A stretch of DNA of 64,000 bases from Octopus sinensis (taxonomy: Eukaryota), in assembly GCF_006345805.1 (NCBI RefSeq), contig NC_043012.1, positions 1,736,001 to 1,800,000 of the forward strand, in the 5' to 3' direction. The position numbers and the translations under genes are program-made. Under the pieces are notes generated by a model that was not told the DNA's origin, did no database searches, and saw nothing but the letters and a program-made list of their open reading frames with translations. Position 1 is the first letter of the stretch; the number at the start of each line of letters is the position of its first letter. Shown here piece by piece: positions 1 to 11,780 of this stretch.

Positions 1-197
1 GGTGGTTTTTCCAGAACCAGTTTCACCCGTTACTAACACAACCTGGTGGCTGTCCAGTGCTTGTAGAATTTCATCAGAATGTTGGTAGATGGGTAACGTC
101 TCGCGAAGTCCTGACACTGTAGATTCTCCACTTTTAGGAGGAACCTGTGGCACGCCGTTACTGAGGCGACCAACTGAAGTTTTCATGATGTCTCTGC
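1..197 (-). CDS. YTHDC2: YTHDC2 coding exon 5 (start of DEAH helicase, truncated by window edge)
   Basis: ttctccag| acceptor, phase consistent; RDIMKTSVGRLSNGVPQVPPK...LPIYQHSDEILQALDSHQVVLVTGETGSGKTT (Walker A). The five exons sum to 747 nt = 249 codons without a stop. Confidence 0.97.
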
Positions 198-247
198 CTG
201 GAGAACAAGAAGAACAATCATAATAATAATAATAATAATAATGATAA

Positions 248-660
248 TATGAGCATGTCCCTTAGTGGCTGACGATATGTGCATCTCTGATCACGAGCAG
301 AAGTAGTGGGGGAGCATCATAACCATGTGTTGAGAGGGATTCTTTGGGGTTTGAATAATTCACCTCTGGAAACATGGGTGTTTCATTCAACATCCTTAAA
401 CAACCCTTATTCAGGGACCTTTTGAGCGGGATGGGTTACTCGATCTGAAGAAAATTCTAACTGGGCTCCACCTGCAAGGTCATGTGCTGTTTATCTTGAT
501 ATGAGATCACCATGTCGCGCACATATGGTTGTGATGCATGTGCCTGGTGTACCCTTATCAGACGGGTAGTCATGATGGGTATATTGGGCTTCGTATATTT
601 TTTTCCCCAGTGTCACTTTGATGGCATGCACTGTTCTCTCACTCAATAATAATAATAATA
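248..660 (+). mobile_element. Retroposon 3' end with (AAT)n tail
   Basis: Homologous in reverse to ~47810-48590. Confidence 0.7.
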
Positions 661-1365
661 ATCCTTTTTACTGTAGGCACAAGGCCTGAAATTTTTGGGT
701 AAGTTGATCACATCGGCCCTAGTACTTGACTGGTACTTAATTTATTGACCCTGAAAGGATGAAAGGCAAAGTCAACCTTGGTGGAATTTGAACTGAGAAC
801 ATGAAGACAAATGATTCTGTCAGCTCACCAAATAATAATAATAATGATTTCAAATTTTGGCACAAGGCCAGCAATTTTGGGGGATGGGGTGAGTCAATTG
901 CATCAACCTGAGTGTTTAATTGGTATCTATTTTATCAACCCCGAAGGGATGAGATTCAAAGCTGACCTAAGCAGAATTTGAACTCAGAATGTGAAGACAG
1001 ACACAGTACAGCTAAACATCTTGCTCAGCATGATAACAATTCCGCCAGCTAGTTATGATGAGGCTTGGGTGGTTTAGAAGTTGGCTTCCCAATCACATTG
1101 TTTTGGGTCCAGTCCCATTGTCTACGTTGCTGTGCAGTGGAACTGAACTCCGGACCACATGGTTGAGAAATGAATTTCACAACCACTCAGTCATGAATGC
1201 GCAGATGGTATTATTACCAATTCTTGGTCTTTTGGTTAAAGATTGTAGTACTAGGTAAGTTTCATGGTGGGTTGGTGTTAAGAGAAATGAAAAAAAAATA
1301 ACAGCAAAGAGGCACTAATTAGCTGTGTAATAAAGTTAAGTAACGAAGAATTAGTAGCTACTTAC

Positions 1366-1550
1366 CATCACCCAAGGATTTCTCAGGCTTGGGAAATAAA
1401 TCTTGCCGTTCTTTGTTTGTGAGGGGATATCTTTGCATTAGGGTTCTTATGTGTTGTCTTGAGTTCTTTTCCAGGTTGAAAGTGGCAACTTGGCGTTGTG
1501 TGACATTGTTGTTCTTCTTAGTAACAGTAAGGAACCGATTTGAATTTTTC
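1366..1550 (-). CDS. YTHDC2: YTHDC2 coding exon 4
   Basis: ttttccag| acceptor, GATG|gtaagt donor, 185 nt; KNSNRFLTVTKK...HIRTLMQRYPLTNKERQDLFPKPEK matches YTHDC2 ANRYLTVKKK...LIQRFPVTNKERTELLPK. Confidence 0.96.
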
Positions 1551-2530
1551 CTGGAAAAAAAAAATAAACAAATAAAATAGGCACCACACAATGTGATTGG
1601 GAAGCCAACTTCTCAACCACACAACCATGCAAGCCTCATCATATGTGTGTGTAAACTCTTAACTTTTATTCTTTTATTCATTTCAGCCATGTGGGCACCA
1701 CTATATATGTGGTGTATACATGTGTGTGTGTGTGTGTGTGTGAGTGTGTGTATATATATCAGTGGCAACTCTGGCACTTGGGTTGTTTGGGCTTAGCCTA
1801 AGTATAAATTTAGTAAAACATCACCTTACTGGCAGTTGTGCTGGTGGCACATGAAAAAATATTCGAGTGAGGTCGTTGCCAGTGCCGCTTGTGGCACATA
1901 AAAAGCACCAATTGAGCATGGCCGTTGTCAGTACTACCTGACTGGTCTTCGTGCCGGTGGCATGCAAAAGCACCCACTACATTCTCGGAGAGGTTGGCGT
2001 TAGGAAGGGCATCCAGCTGTAGAAACCCTGCCAGATCAGATTGGAGTCTGGTGCAGCCATCTGGTTCGCCAGACCTCAGTCAAATCATCCAACCCATGCC
2101 AGCATGGAAAGCGGACATTAAACGATGATGATGATGATAATTAGGATTTAAATACCAATATATAAAAAGAACAAAAAATTATCCAGCAACTCAGGCTAAT
2201 ACGAACGACCCTAGTATGTGTAAAGGACTAACTGGCATCTCTTGTCAAGAGTACAGGCGACAGTCAGATCGCTAATATTTGTTTGCACTCCACTGTCGTT
2301 ATTTGTTTGCTGTTGTTCTGTGCGTTTGTATGTAAAGATCAATTACGTCTTGCAAGGTTGCTTTTTTTTTTTACCCTTAACAAAGAAATGGAGAAAGACA
2401 TAGTGCTAGATATAGATAAATAAGCCATTTAGGGCTAGAAATATTGCAGTAAAACATGAAATTCTTCGAGCAGGCATGTCTTAGGCGAAATCTGTGATGA
2501 GCCCAAGTAATGCAGAAGACCTGGAGTCGC

Positions 2531-2568
<38 letters not shown>

Positions 2569-2775
2569 CGTTAGGAAGGGCATCCAGCCGTAGAAACACT
2601 GTCAGATCAGACTGGGCCTGATGCAGCCTTCTGGCTTCACAGACCCGAGTTGAACCGTCCAACCCATGCTAGCATGGAAAGCGGACGCTAAATGATGATG
2701 ATGATAATATATATATATATATATACACACTTAGTAAGTGTATTCCATACAGAGAATATCTAATTGTTATCTATG

Positions 2776-2834
<59 letters not shown>

Positions 2835-2884
2835 TACATTGCCACTGAAATAAATGAATGCCGAAAGGGAAAAATTTTACTTAC

Positions 2885-2975
2885 CCTCGACTTTTAGATT
2901 TCAGTCCAAGACTTTCAGCAAGCCGATGTATATAAGCCCTCTCTGAAGCATTCAAGGAAGAAGGAAACTCCAACT
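2885..2975 (-). CDS. YTHDC2: YTHDC2 coding exon 3 (R3H core)
   Basis: tttttag| acceptor, AGG|gtaagt donor, 91 nt; ELEFPSSLNASERAYIHRLAESLGLKSKSRG contains the R-x3-H motif (RAYIH). Too short for the ORF track. Confidence 0.96.
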
Positions 2976-4165
2976 CTAAAAATACAAAAACCAGTAACAT
3001 TTCAAACTGGTTCAAACACGTTTAAGACGAAGCAGTTGATTAAACCGAGTGATGAAACAACAGAACATGAACTGAAAATGATGTTGCAGTACAGAATTCT
3101 GTAATCTACAGCAACACAGAGATCCCGTGAAGAATTCCCGATCTGGCAACCGATGCTGGTGCTGCGTAACAAGCACCTGTGCAAGCACCTTTTGAGCGTT
3201 GGACCTCATGGAGGAAATGACAAATGCCTGAGGCCCTTGGCAATATGCCATGCATGAAAAGAAGCCCTAACAAGCCAAATGAAATCATAGACATCATGAC
3301 AGATACTGGTATCATGCAGCTGGCACCCATGTGAATACACCCGTTGCACACTTACAAAGTGGTTGGCGATAGGGAGGGCATCCAGCAGTAGAAATCATGC
3401 CAAATCAGACTGGAGTCTGGTGCAGCCCCCTCAACTTACCAGCCCTGGTCAACTCCATGTCAGCATGGACAATGGACTTTAAATGATAATGACAGTGATG
3501 AAGTAGAGTGATAACCTCTCATAGGCACAGGCCTACATTTAACTATGCTCCTTGTCCTTCATATCATTCACATTGCCATCATCATTTTATGTTCGTTTTC
3601 TTATTTCTTTATTACCCACAAGGGGCTAAACACAGAGGGGACAAACAAGGACAGACAAAGAGATTAAGTCGATTACATCGACCCCGGTGAGTAACTGGTA
3701 CTTAATTTATCAACCCCGAAATGATGAATGGCAAAGTCGACCTCAGCGGAATTTGAACTCAGGACATAACGGCAGACGAAATACCACTGAGTATTTCGCC
3801 CGGCGTGCTAACATTTCTGCCAGCTCATCGCCTTTTATGCTCTTTTTTCTATGATGGCATAGGTTGGCTGGATTATCATGATCCAAGTAACTTTTTATAA
3901 GGAGCCACTGTTCCTATAGAACAGTGGTTCCTTATATAGGGCTCATGCAGGCCTATGAGAGCCACTGCCTGGTATTGCATCAGGGCATTTATTATATCAT
4001 TAGAGGCAAGGCAGTGAGCTGGCAGAATCATTACCGTGCTGGACAAAATGCTTAGCGGCATTTTGCTTGTCTGTATGTTCTGAGTTCAAATTCCACCAAG
4101 GTCCACTTTGCTTTCCAAGTTTAGCACCGAAGTTGATATAATCAACAAACCCCCTTGTGCCAAAA

Positions 4166-4545
4166 TTATTACCTCCATTTTGGCGAAGGTGGAGGTAATA
4201 ATGATTTCAGTCGTGTTTGTTTGTTTGTTTGTCCGTGGACAAGGCAGCTCATGAACCACTGGATGGATTCGGATGAAGCTTTCAGGGATGTTTGATCTCA
4301 TGACTGGCACAAACTGATTAGATTTTGCAATCGATCCGGTACCGGACAAGGATTCTGGATTGTTCTTCCTGTTTTTTTTTTTTACATAATTTTTGAGAGT
4401 GGTTGGGTTCAATTTTAGTATTCCCATTTGTGAGAGCAGTCAAGTTTACTTCAGATAATCTCATTTTAAAAATCATCTCCAGCTAATCATCGAGAGGACG
4501 TTGGTGTTGCCTTGGCGGAGGGCTGCGCCCTCTGAGTGCTCTTGG
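4166..4545 (+). mobile_element. Helentron-type (HINE/DINE-like) non-autonomous element
   Basis: 5' palindrome TATTACCTCCA...TGGAGGTAATA, (GTTT)n microsatellite, subterminal CCTTGGCGGAGG and 3' GC hairpin. Confidence 0.6.
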
Positions 4546-5360
4546 CATTATTATTATTATTATTATTAAAGGCAGCAAGAAGGGCTGAACCATTAGCACA
4601 CTACACAAAATGCTTAGCAGCAATTCTTTCATCTCATTAAATTCTCAGTAGTAATTAGCACATCAGCCAATTTTGTCTTTTGTCCCTTTGGGGTTGGAGA
4701 TCCGGCTAATCAACAAGCCCCGCACCCAGCCAAAATTTCAGGCTTTGTGCCTATAGCAGGAAAAATTATTATTCAGGCAGAATGATGGATGGTGTTTCTC
4801 TTAAATGTGGTGCAGTAAGAAGTTTGTTTCCGAACCACATGGTTCCAGGTTCAGTCTGACTGCGTGACACCTTGGGCAAGTGTCTTGTACTACAGCCTCA
4901 AGCCAACCAAAGCCATGTGGATTTGGTAGAAGGAAACTGAAAGCAATCCATCATACATGTATGTGTGTGTGTGTGTGTCTTTGTGTCAGTGTTTGTCCTC
5001 GATTGATACTTGATGGCCAGTGTTGGTGTGTTTACATGCCCATAACTTAGCAGTTTAGCAAAAGAGACTGACAGAATAAGTACCAGGCCGGGAAAGATAA
5101 AAAACAAGTATTGGAACCAGTTCCTTCGACTAAAAAAATTAAAAATTCTTCAAGGCAGAACCTCGAGTGGAAAGACTTATTATTACTCTGGCAGAACGAT
5201 GGATGATGTTACTCTAGAAAAGAGATGTAGCAACAAGTCAACTTCCCAACCAAACAATTCCAGGTTCAGTCCCACTCCATGGTACGTTGGGCAAGTGCTG
5301 TCCACAAATGACTGCAATGAGTAGAAGACAAAAGAGAAAATAAAAAGGTTGGAAACTCAC

Positions 5361-5548
5361 CTTTCTGGCATTCATTACTGCGGAAGTTATCGATTGCCAT
5401 ATGAACTGCAATTTTCACTTCTTCCCCAATACAGATAGCCTGTCCGGGTCGTGGTCCATGGTTACTATTCCTGCCAATGCCTGAAGGGAGGCCGTTCTTG
5501 ACACCCTTGTAATAATGTGGTGAGGTATTGTTGTGTGAAGATCCATTT
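5361..5548 (-). CDS. YTHDC2: YTHDC2 coding exon 2 (N-terminal linker and start of R3H domain)
   Basis: ccaccag| acceptor, AAAG|gtgagt donor, 188 nt; encodes ICIGEEVKIAVHMAIDNFRSNECQK, matching vertebrate YTHDC2 IRIDEEVKIAVNIALERF as recalled. Confidence 0.93.
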
Positions 5549-6504
5549 CTGGTGGTGGCGGAGAAAAACAAAAACAAGTAAAAGGATTTTCATACATATG
5601 ATATCTATTTCTTTATTACCCACAAGGGGCTAAATAGAGAGGGGACAAACAAGGACAGACATAGGTATTAAGTCAATTACATCGACCCCAGTGCGTAACC
5701 GGTACTTAATTTATCGACCCCGAAAGGATGAAAGGCAAAGTCGACCTCGGCGGAATTTGAACTCACAACGTAGCGGTAGACGAAATACTGCTAAGCATTT
5801 CGCCTGGTGTGCTAATGTTTCTGCCAGCTCGCCGCCTTATACCGACGACACACGTTTAAAAACGAAGTGCGGCAGCTCGGGAAGTAGCCGCCATGATCTC
5901 ATCATCATCATCATCGTTTAACGTTCGTTTTCCATGCGAGCATGGGTTGGACAGTTCGACCGGGGTCTGGGAAGCCAGGGGGCTGCACCAGGTTCCAGTC
6001 TGATCTGGCAGTGTTTCTACAGCTGGATGCCCTTCCTAACGCCAACCACTCCGTGAGTGTAGTGGGTGCCTTTTACGTGCCATCAACACAGGGGCCAGAG
6101 GAGGCTGGCAACAGCCACGATCAGTGGGTGCTTTTTAAGTGCCACCGGCATGGAAGCCCATCATGTCAAGTCAGCAACAGCTGTAACTTTACATGTAATG
6201 AAACATAATGTGTGTCCTGTCGGTCACACTGGAGGGAAAAAAAGAGTAAAACAACAAATAGAGAGTGAGTGGCAGTCAGAGACAGTAAAGCAGGCAGATA
6301 GCTTTCAAAAGTTTTACTCTACAGACGCTGGTAGTTACATCAAAACTGCAAATTTTTACTGTAAACGATATTTAGTCTATCAGTTTCATACTCATACACA
6401 CAGATACATAAACATGGAAATGAAATTAAATATTAAACACTTTTGTTTGTAAAATATTTTTGTTCACATAACATAGCCTACATATATCTAAATTATTTCT
6501 TATA

Positions 6505-6864
6505 TCTCTCTATATATAAACGGCAGTTTGTCTGTGTGTCTGTCAGGTTGTACCCTCACCCTGACCACGGCTTTCAACCGATTCTGATGAAACTTGACAC
6601 ACACATAGCCCAATGTCATAATTCAAAACTAACGCAGCGAAAATTTTGAAAAGTTCCCCCAGTTCTGAAAAAGATCGATAAATTCGACATGGGGTCGAGA
6701 ATCGGAAACACAAACCACAGACTGTCTAGGGGACGCAACTCGACCTTTTTAACTAAAAAAAAAATTTACCATCATTTTTTTTCCAGTTTTTGGCTATAAC
6801 TCACTAAAAATGCTTTATAGTTATTTCCCTTACAAACCCGAGCAACGCCGGGTGATACTGCTAG
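6505..6864 (+). mobile_element. Non-autonomous Helitron
   Basis: A|TC...CCCGAGCAACGCCGGG hairpin...CTAG|T, no TSD; sister copy at 21124-21493. Confidence 0.85.
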
Positions 6865-8010
6865 TATAAATATATATTGAAAGTAATTAAGTTTATGCCT
6901 CGTCATTTGGACTACTGGTTTTGCATCTGCAAAAGCCTTGCTTCTTTCAGTTTCTGTCTACCAAATCCACTCACAAGGCTTTGGTCGACCCAAGGTAGAA
7001 GACACTTGCACAAGGTGTCACACAGTGGGATTGAACCTGGAACCATGTAGCTGGGAAGCAAGCTTCTTACCACACAACCACTCCTGCACCTATATATATA
7101 TATATATATATACATATATTTTTTTATTTGCTTGTTATTTGACTGCAGCCATGCTGGAGCACCGTCTTTAGTTGAACAAATCGACCCCAGGACTTATTCA
7201 ATGTAAGCCTAGTACTTATTCTATCAGTCTCTTTTGCCAAACCACTAAGTTACATATATAAACAGAAAGAGAGAGATAGAGCATAAGAATGAATATTCCA
7301 AAGAAACATGTACCATTAATCCTTTAATGTAATTCTTGGGCAGAATCAGTATGGCACATTGTGTAATGAGGTTGAACTTCAGGTACAATCCATCCAACGG
7401 CCTTCTCCTGCTTCTTTTCCCCTAATTTTACACATAAGGTTTAAGTTGCCCCAAAGGCTAAGACGACAGGCAATGAGATCAAACCTGGGACATTATGATT
7501 GCAAAGAGAACTGCTTAATGCAACCATGTATATAGATATATACATGCATGTGTATGCACACACACGCACGTACATATATCTCTTTTTCTTTCTCTCTTTT
7601 ACTTACTCTCTTTTACTTGTTTCAGTCATTTGACTGGCCATGCTGGAGCACCACCTTTAGTCGAGCAAATCAACCCCATGATTTATTCTTTGTAAGCCCA
7701 GTACTTATTCTATCAGTCTCTTTTGCTGAACTGCTAAGTGACGGGGACGTAAGCACACCAGCATTGGTTGTCAAGCAATGCTAGGGGGACAAACACAGAC
7801 ACACAAACATATATATATACATATATACGACAGGCTTCTTTCAGTTTCCGTCTACCAAATCCACTCACAAGGCATTGGTTGGCCCGGGGCTATAGCAGAA
7901 TACACTTGCCCAAGATGCCACGCAGTGGGACTGAACCCGGAACCATATGGTTGGTTAGCAAGCTACTTACCACACAGCCACTCCTGCGTATATATACATA
8001 TACATATGGA

Positions 8011-10356
8011 GAATGAATGGGAGGAGGAGAGCCTGCCAAATGTTGACCCGGTAGAAGGGCCAGCTATCCGTATAGATAGCTCCCTAGTAGATAAGGCAAT
8101 TAGCAATTAAGGGTATGAAGCCAAGAAAAGCCCCTGGCCCATCAGGAATCACTGCTGAGATGCTTAAAACCTCTGGTGGTGTGGGCTACAGCCTAGTCAC
8201 CCGCATTGTAAACCAGGTAGTTCATGATGGAGTCATACCCAATGACTGGCGTAGCAGCACCATAGTCAACTGCTACAAGGGTAAAGGTGATGCTCTAGAT
8301 AGAAATAACTACAGGGGTATCAAACTGCTGGATCAGGTAATGAAGGTCACAGAGAGGGTCATAGCCCATCTCATCAGGGAGAGAGTCTGCTTAGATGAGA
8401 TGCAGTTCGGTTTTGCGCTTGGTAGAAGCACCACTAATGCCATATTCTTGGTTCGACAACTGCAGGAGAAATACCTAGCCAAAGATAAACCCCTCTACAT
8501 AGTTTTTGTGGACTTGGAGAAAGCCTTTGACAGGGTCCCCCGATCCCTTATCTGGTGGGCGATGCGGAAACTGGAGATTGTACAGGCTCTTTACAGAGAG
8601 GCTGTTAGTAAGGTTAGGATTAGCAATGAGTACAGTGAAGAATTTCAGGTGGAAATTGGCATCCACCAAGGCTCAGCCCCTTTCTATTCATCATAGTCCT
8701 TCAGGCAATAACAGAGGAATTTAAGACAGGGTGTCCCTGAGAGCTCCTCTATGCTGATGACCTAGCCCTCGTAGCAGAATCACTAACGGAACTAGATAAG
8801 AAATTTTGTGTGTGGAAGCTAGGTTTAGAATAAAAAGGCCTTAGAGTCAATGTAGCAAAGACCAAAGTTCTAGTAAGTAGGAAGGCAAACTCATCACACA
8901 CCCCTTCAGGTAGGTGGCCCTGCTCGATCTGTAGAAAAGGTGTAGGTAGAAACTCCATAAGATGTACCCAGTGTAAGCTATGGACACATAAGAGGTGCAG
9001 CAATATCAAAGGAAAATTTACCGAGAAGATAGCTTTCGTGTGCAGCAGATGTACAGGGGCAATAGACACCATTGATACTCAGAAAACAGATTCCATTACA
9101 CTCCTGGGGAAGAAACTAGAAGTAGTTGATAGTTTCTGCTACCTAGGTAACCAAGTTAGTAGTGGGGGTGAATGCTCAGAGAGTGTTACCACTAGAATAA
9201 GAATAGCCTGGGCAAAGTTTAGGAAGCTTCTTCCCCTACTGGAAACAATGGGTCTCTCGCTCAGAGTGAAAGGTAGATTGTACAACGCATGTGTGCGAAC
9301 TGCTATGCTTCACGGCAGTGAAACATGGGCTGTGACTGCGGAGGACATGCGTAGGCTTGAAAGAAATGAAGCTAACATGATCCGCTGGATGTGTAATGTC
9401 AGTGTCCATGCACAACAGAGTGTTAGCGCCCTGAGAGAAATGTTGGACATTAGAAGCATCAGATGCAGCGTGCAGGAGAGACAATTGCGTTGGTATGGTC
9501 ATGTACTACAGATGGATGAGGAGAGATGTGTGAAGAAGTGCCATTCCCAAACTGTTGAAGGAATCTGGGGTAGAGGTAGACCCAGGAAGACATGGGACGA
9601 GGTGGCCAAGCATGACCCTCGTACGTTGAGGCTCACAGAGGCTATGACGAAAGACCAAGACCTCTGGAGATATGCTGTAACTTTGGAAACCCGACAAATG
9701 AAGTGAGTTCATGGCTTGTAGGATGGCCTGCTGCGCTTGAGGAGACCTATTGTGTCAAGTTCATCAACATCAAAATAAAAATCGTATGGATATTGTAGTT
9801 GTGATACCCGTGCCAGTGGCACGTAGGGCCTCACAGAGGAAATGATGAAGACCGAGACCCCTGAGATATGCTGTGACTGTGAAGACCCGACAAATGAAGT
9901 GAGTTCATGGCTCGCAGGACGGCCGCTGTGCTAACCTTGGAACATAGAGTGACTCGCTGTTCTTGAGGAGACCTATTGAGTCAAGTATGTCAACATCAAC
10001 ATCAAAATAAATATCAAATGGAAATTGTAGTTGAGACACCCATGCCAGTGACATGTAAAAAGCACCGTCTGAACATGGCTGATGCCAGCGCCACCTGACT
10101 GGCGTCCGTGTCTGTGACACGTAAAAGCACCAACCGATCGTAGCCGTTTGCCAGCCTGCTCTGGCCCCTGTGCCGGTGGCACGTAAAAAACACCCACTAC
10201 ACTCACGGAGTGGTTGGTGTTAGAAAGGGCATCCAGCTGTAGAAACACTGCCAAATCAGACCAGAGCCTGGTGCAGCCTCCATGGCTTACCAGACCCCAG
10301 TCGAACCGTCCAACCGATGCTAGCATGGAAAACGGACGTTAAATGATGATGATGAT
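8011..10356 (+). mobile_element. 5'-truncated RTE-clade LINE, decayed (antisense in YTHDC2 intron 1)
   Basis: RT motifs KAPGPSG, QFGF, FVDLEKAFDRV, LYADD (~8749), YLG, LRWYGHV, RGRPRKTW; frameshift near 8690 and a TAA near 8830; 3' UTR ends in a (TGA)n tail. Confidence 0.95.
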
Positions 10357-11153
10357 ACGCATACAACTCATAAATATATACACATACAGATATATATACA
10401 TGTACACAGACACACACCTATGTAAATCTATACAAACAAGTGACAAGTGTGCATATACATACATGTACGTGTGAATATATATATATATATATGACACATT
10501 TTGCACATACTATAAGCCATATGTATAAGTTTGTGTGACATACACACACGCATATATAATATATATATATATATTTATATATAATATATATATATTTATA
10601 TAGGTGCAGGAGTGGCTGTGTAGTAAGTAGCTTGCTTACCAACCACATGGTTCCGGGTTCAGTCCCACTGCGTGGCACCTTGGGCAAGTGTCTTCTACTA
10701 TAGACTAGGCCGACCGAAGCCTTGTGAGTGGATTTGGTAGACGGAAACTGAAAGAAGCCCGTCGTATATATAATATTGAAATTATTGTATATATATATAC
10801 AATATGTATATATATATATATATATGTGTGTGTGCGTGTATGTTTGTGTGTCTGTGCTTGTCCCCCTAGTATTGCTTGACAACCGATGCTGGTGTGCTTA
10901 TGTCCCCGTCACTTAGCGGTTCGGCAAAAAGAGACTGATAGAATAAGTACTGGGCTTACAAAAGAATAAGTCCCGGGGTCGATTTGCTCGATTAAAGGCG
11001 GTGCTCCAGCATGGCCGCAGTCAAATGACTGAAACAAGTAAAAGAGTAAAAAGAATATATACATATATAGACACACACACCAAAAGAACATTTTGCTCAT
11101 GCTAATAATAAGGTGTATGTTTGTGTTTACATATACATACATCATACACCTAC

Positions 11154-11218
<65 letters not shown>

Positions 11219-11443
11219 AGTACGTGTGTGTGTGTGTCCAGGTCTTGATGCTTTGCCAAAGACCTAAATTTTAACAGACGAGATGACTCTGGGGGAAGAA
11301 TGAAACAAAACAAACCAGAAAACAACGAACGTGTATCAACATTGTTCGGGATAACAAAACAAAAAAAATCAAAGACAGATTTTAAAAAATCAATCCACAA
11401 GTAAATTGTAAAGATAGATTAAAGGCATGGCATAAATAATCAC

Positions 11444-11529
11444 CTGAAATTGGCGCCAGTCTGTGGAGAAATCACATCATAAACAGGGGTGAATGCTCGC
11501 GAGCGACTTTGATACCCACCTGACGCCAT
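11444..11529 (-). CDS. YTHDC2: YTHDC2 coding exon 1 (MASGGYQSRSRAFTPVYDVISPQTGANF+R)
   Basis: gcaATGG start in CpG-rich unique sequence; 86 nt ending AG|gtgatt, a phase-2 donor that matches the phase-2 acceptor of the next exon (AG+A = Arg). Not homology-supported itself. Confidence 0.75.
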
Positions 11530-11780
11530 TGCGAGTAGCAAGAGCCTAGCTTTAACAGATTCGTATCACATTCGGAAATGTTTTTATAAAGAATTCTTGG
11601 TGAATTTGAGGTTGTTTTACTTGGATTTTTGGAATATTTCAACAAAAATAAGACTGAAAAAAATAAATCAGAGAATATTGTTATCGATTTTTTTATACAT
11701 TTCCTGTATTTGATTCGTAATTTCGCTCAGTGGCGGATGTGTTTACAAATATAGACTTTGTTTATTTCGTATAAACTTTT
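11530..11780 (-). promoter_or_regulatory. Probable YTHDC2 5' UTR / core promoter
   Basis: Unique, CpG-retaining sequence directly upstream of the ATG; ETS-like CGGAAAT near 11574. TSS not determinable. Confidence 0.45.

Noticed and set aside
5415-5597. 60-aa ORF overlapping YTHDC2 exon 2 as an independent gene
   Set aside because: Alternative frame that starts in the intron; the YTHDC2 frame explains the region.
6580-6600. Other CTGATGA/CTGAAGA/CTGACGA matches (6585, 18335, 21215, 35750, 39951, 40329, 43304, 53728) as hammerheads
   Set aside because: No stem II followed by GAAA and a cleavage triplet.
7768-8110. Recurring MSSNARGTNTDTQT / MLGGQTQTHK ORFs at many loci
   Set aside because: Chance frames within SINE family B copies.
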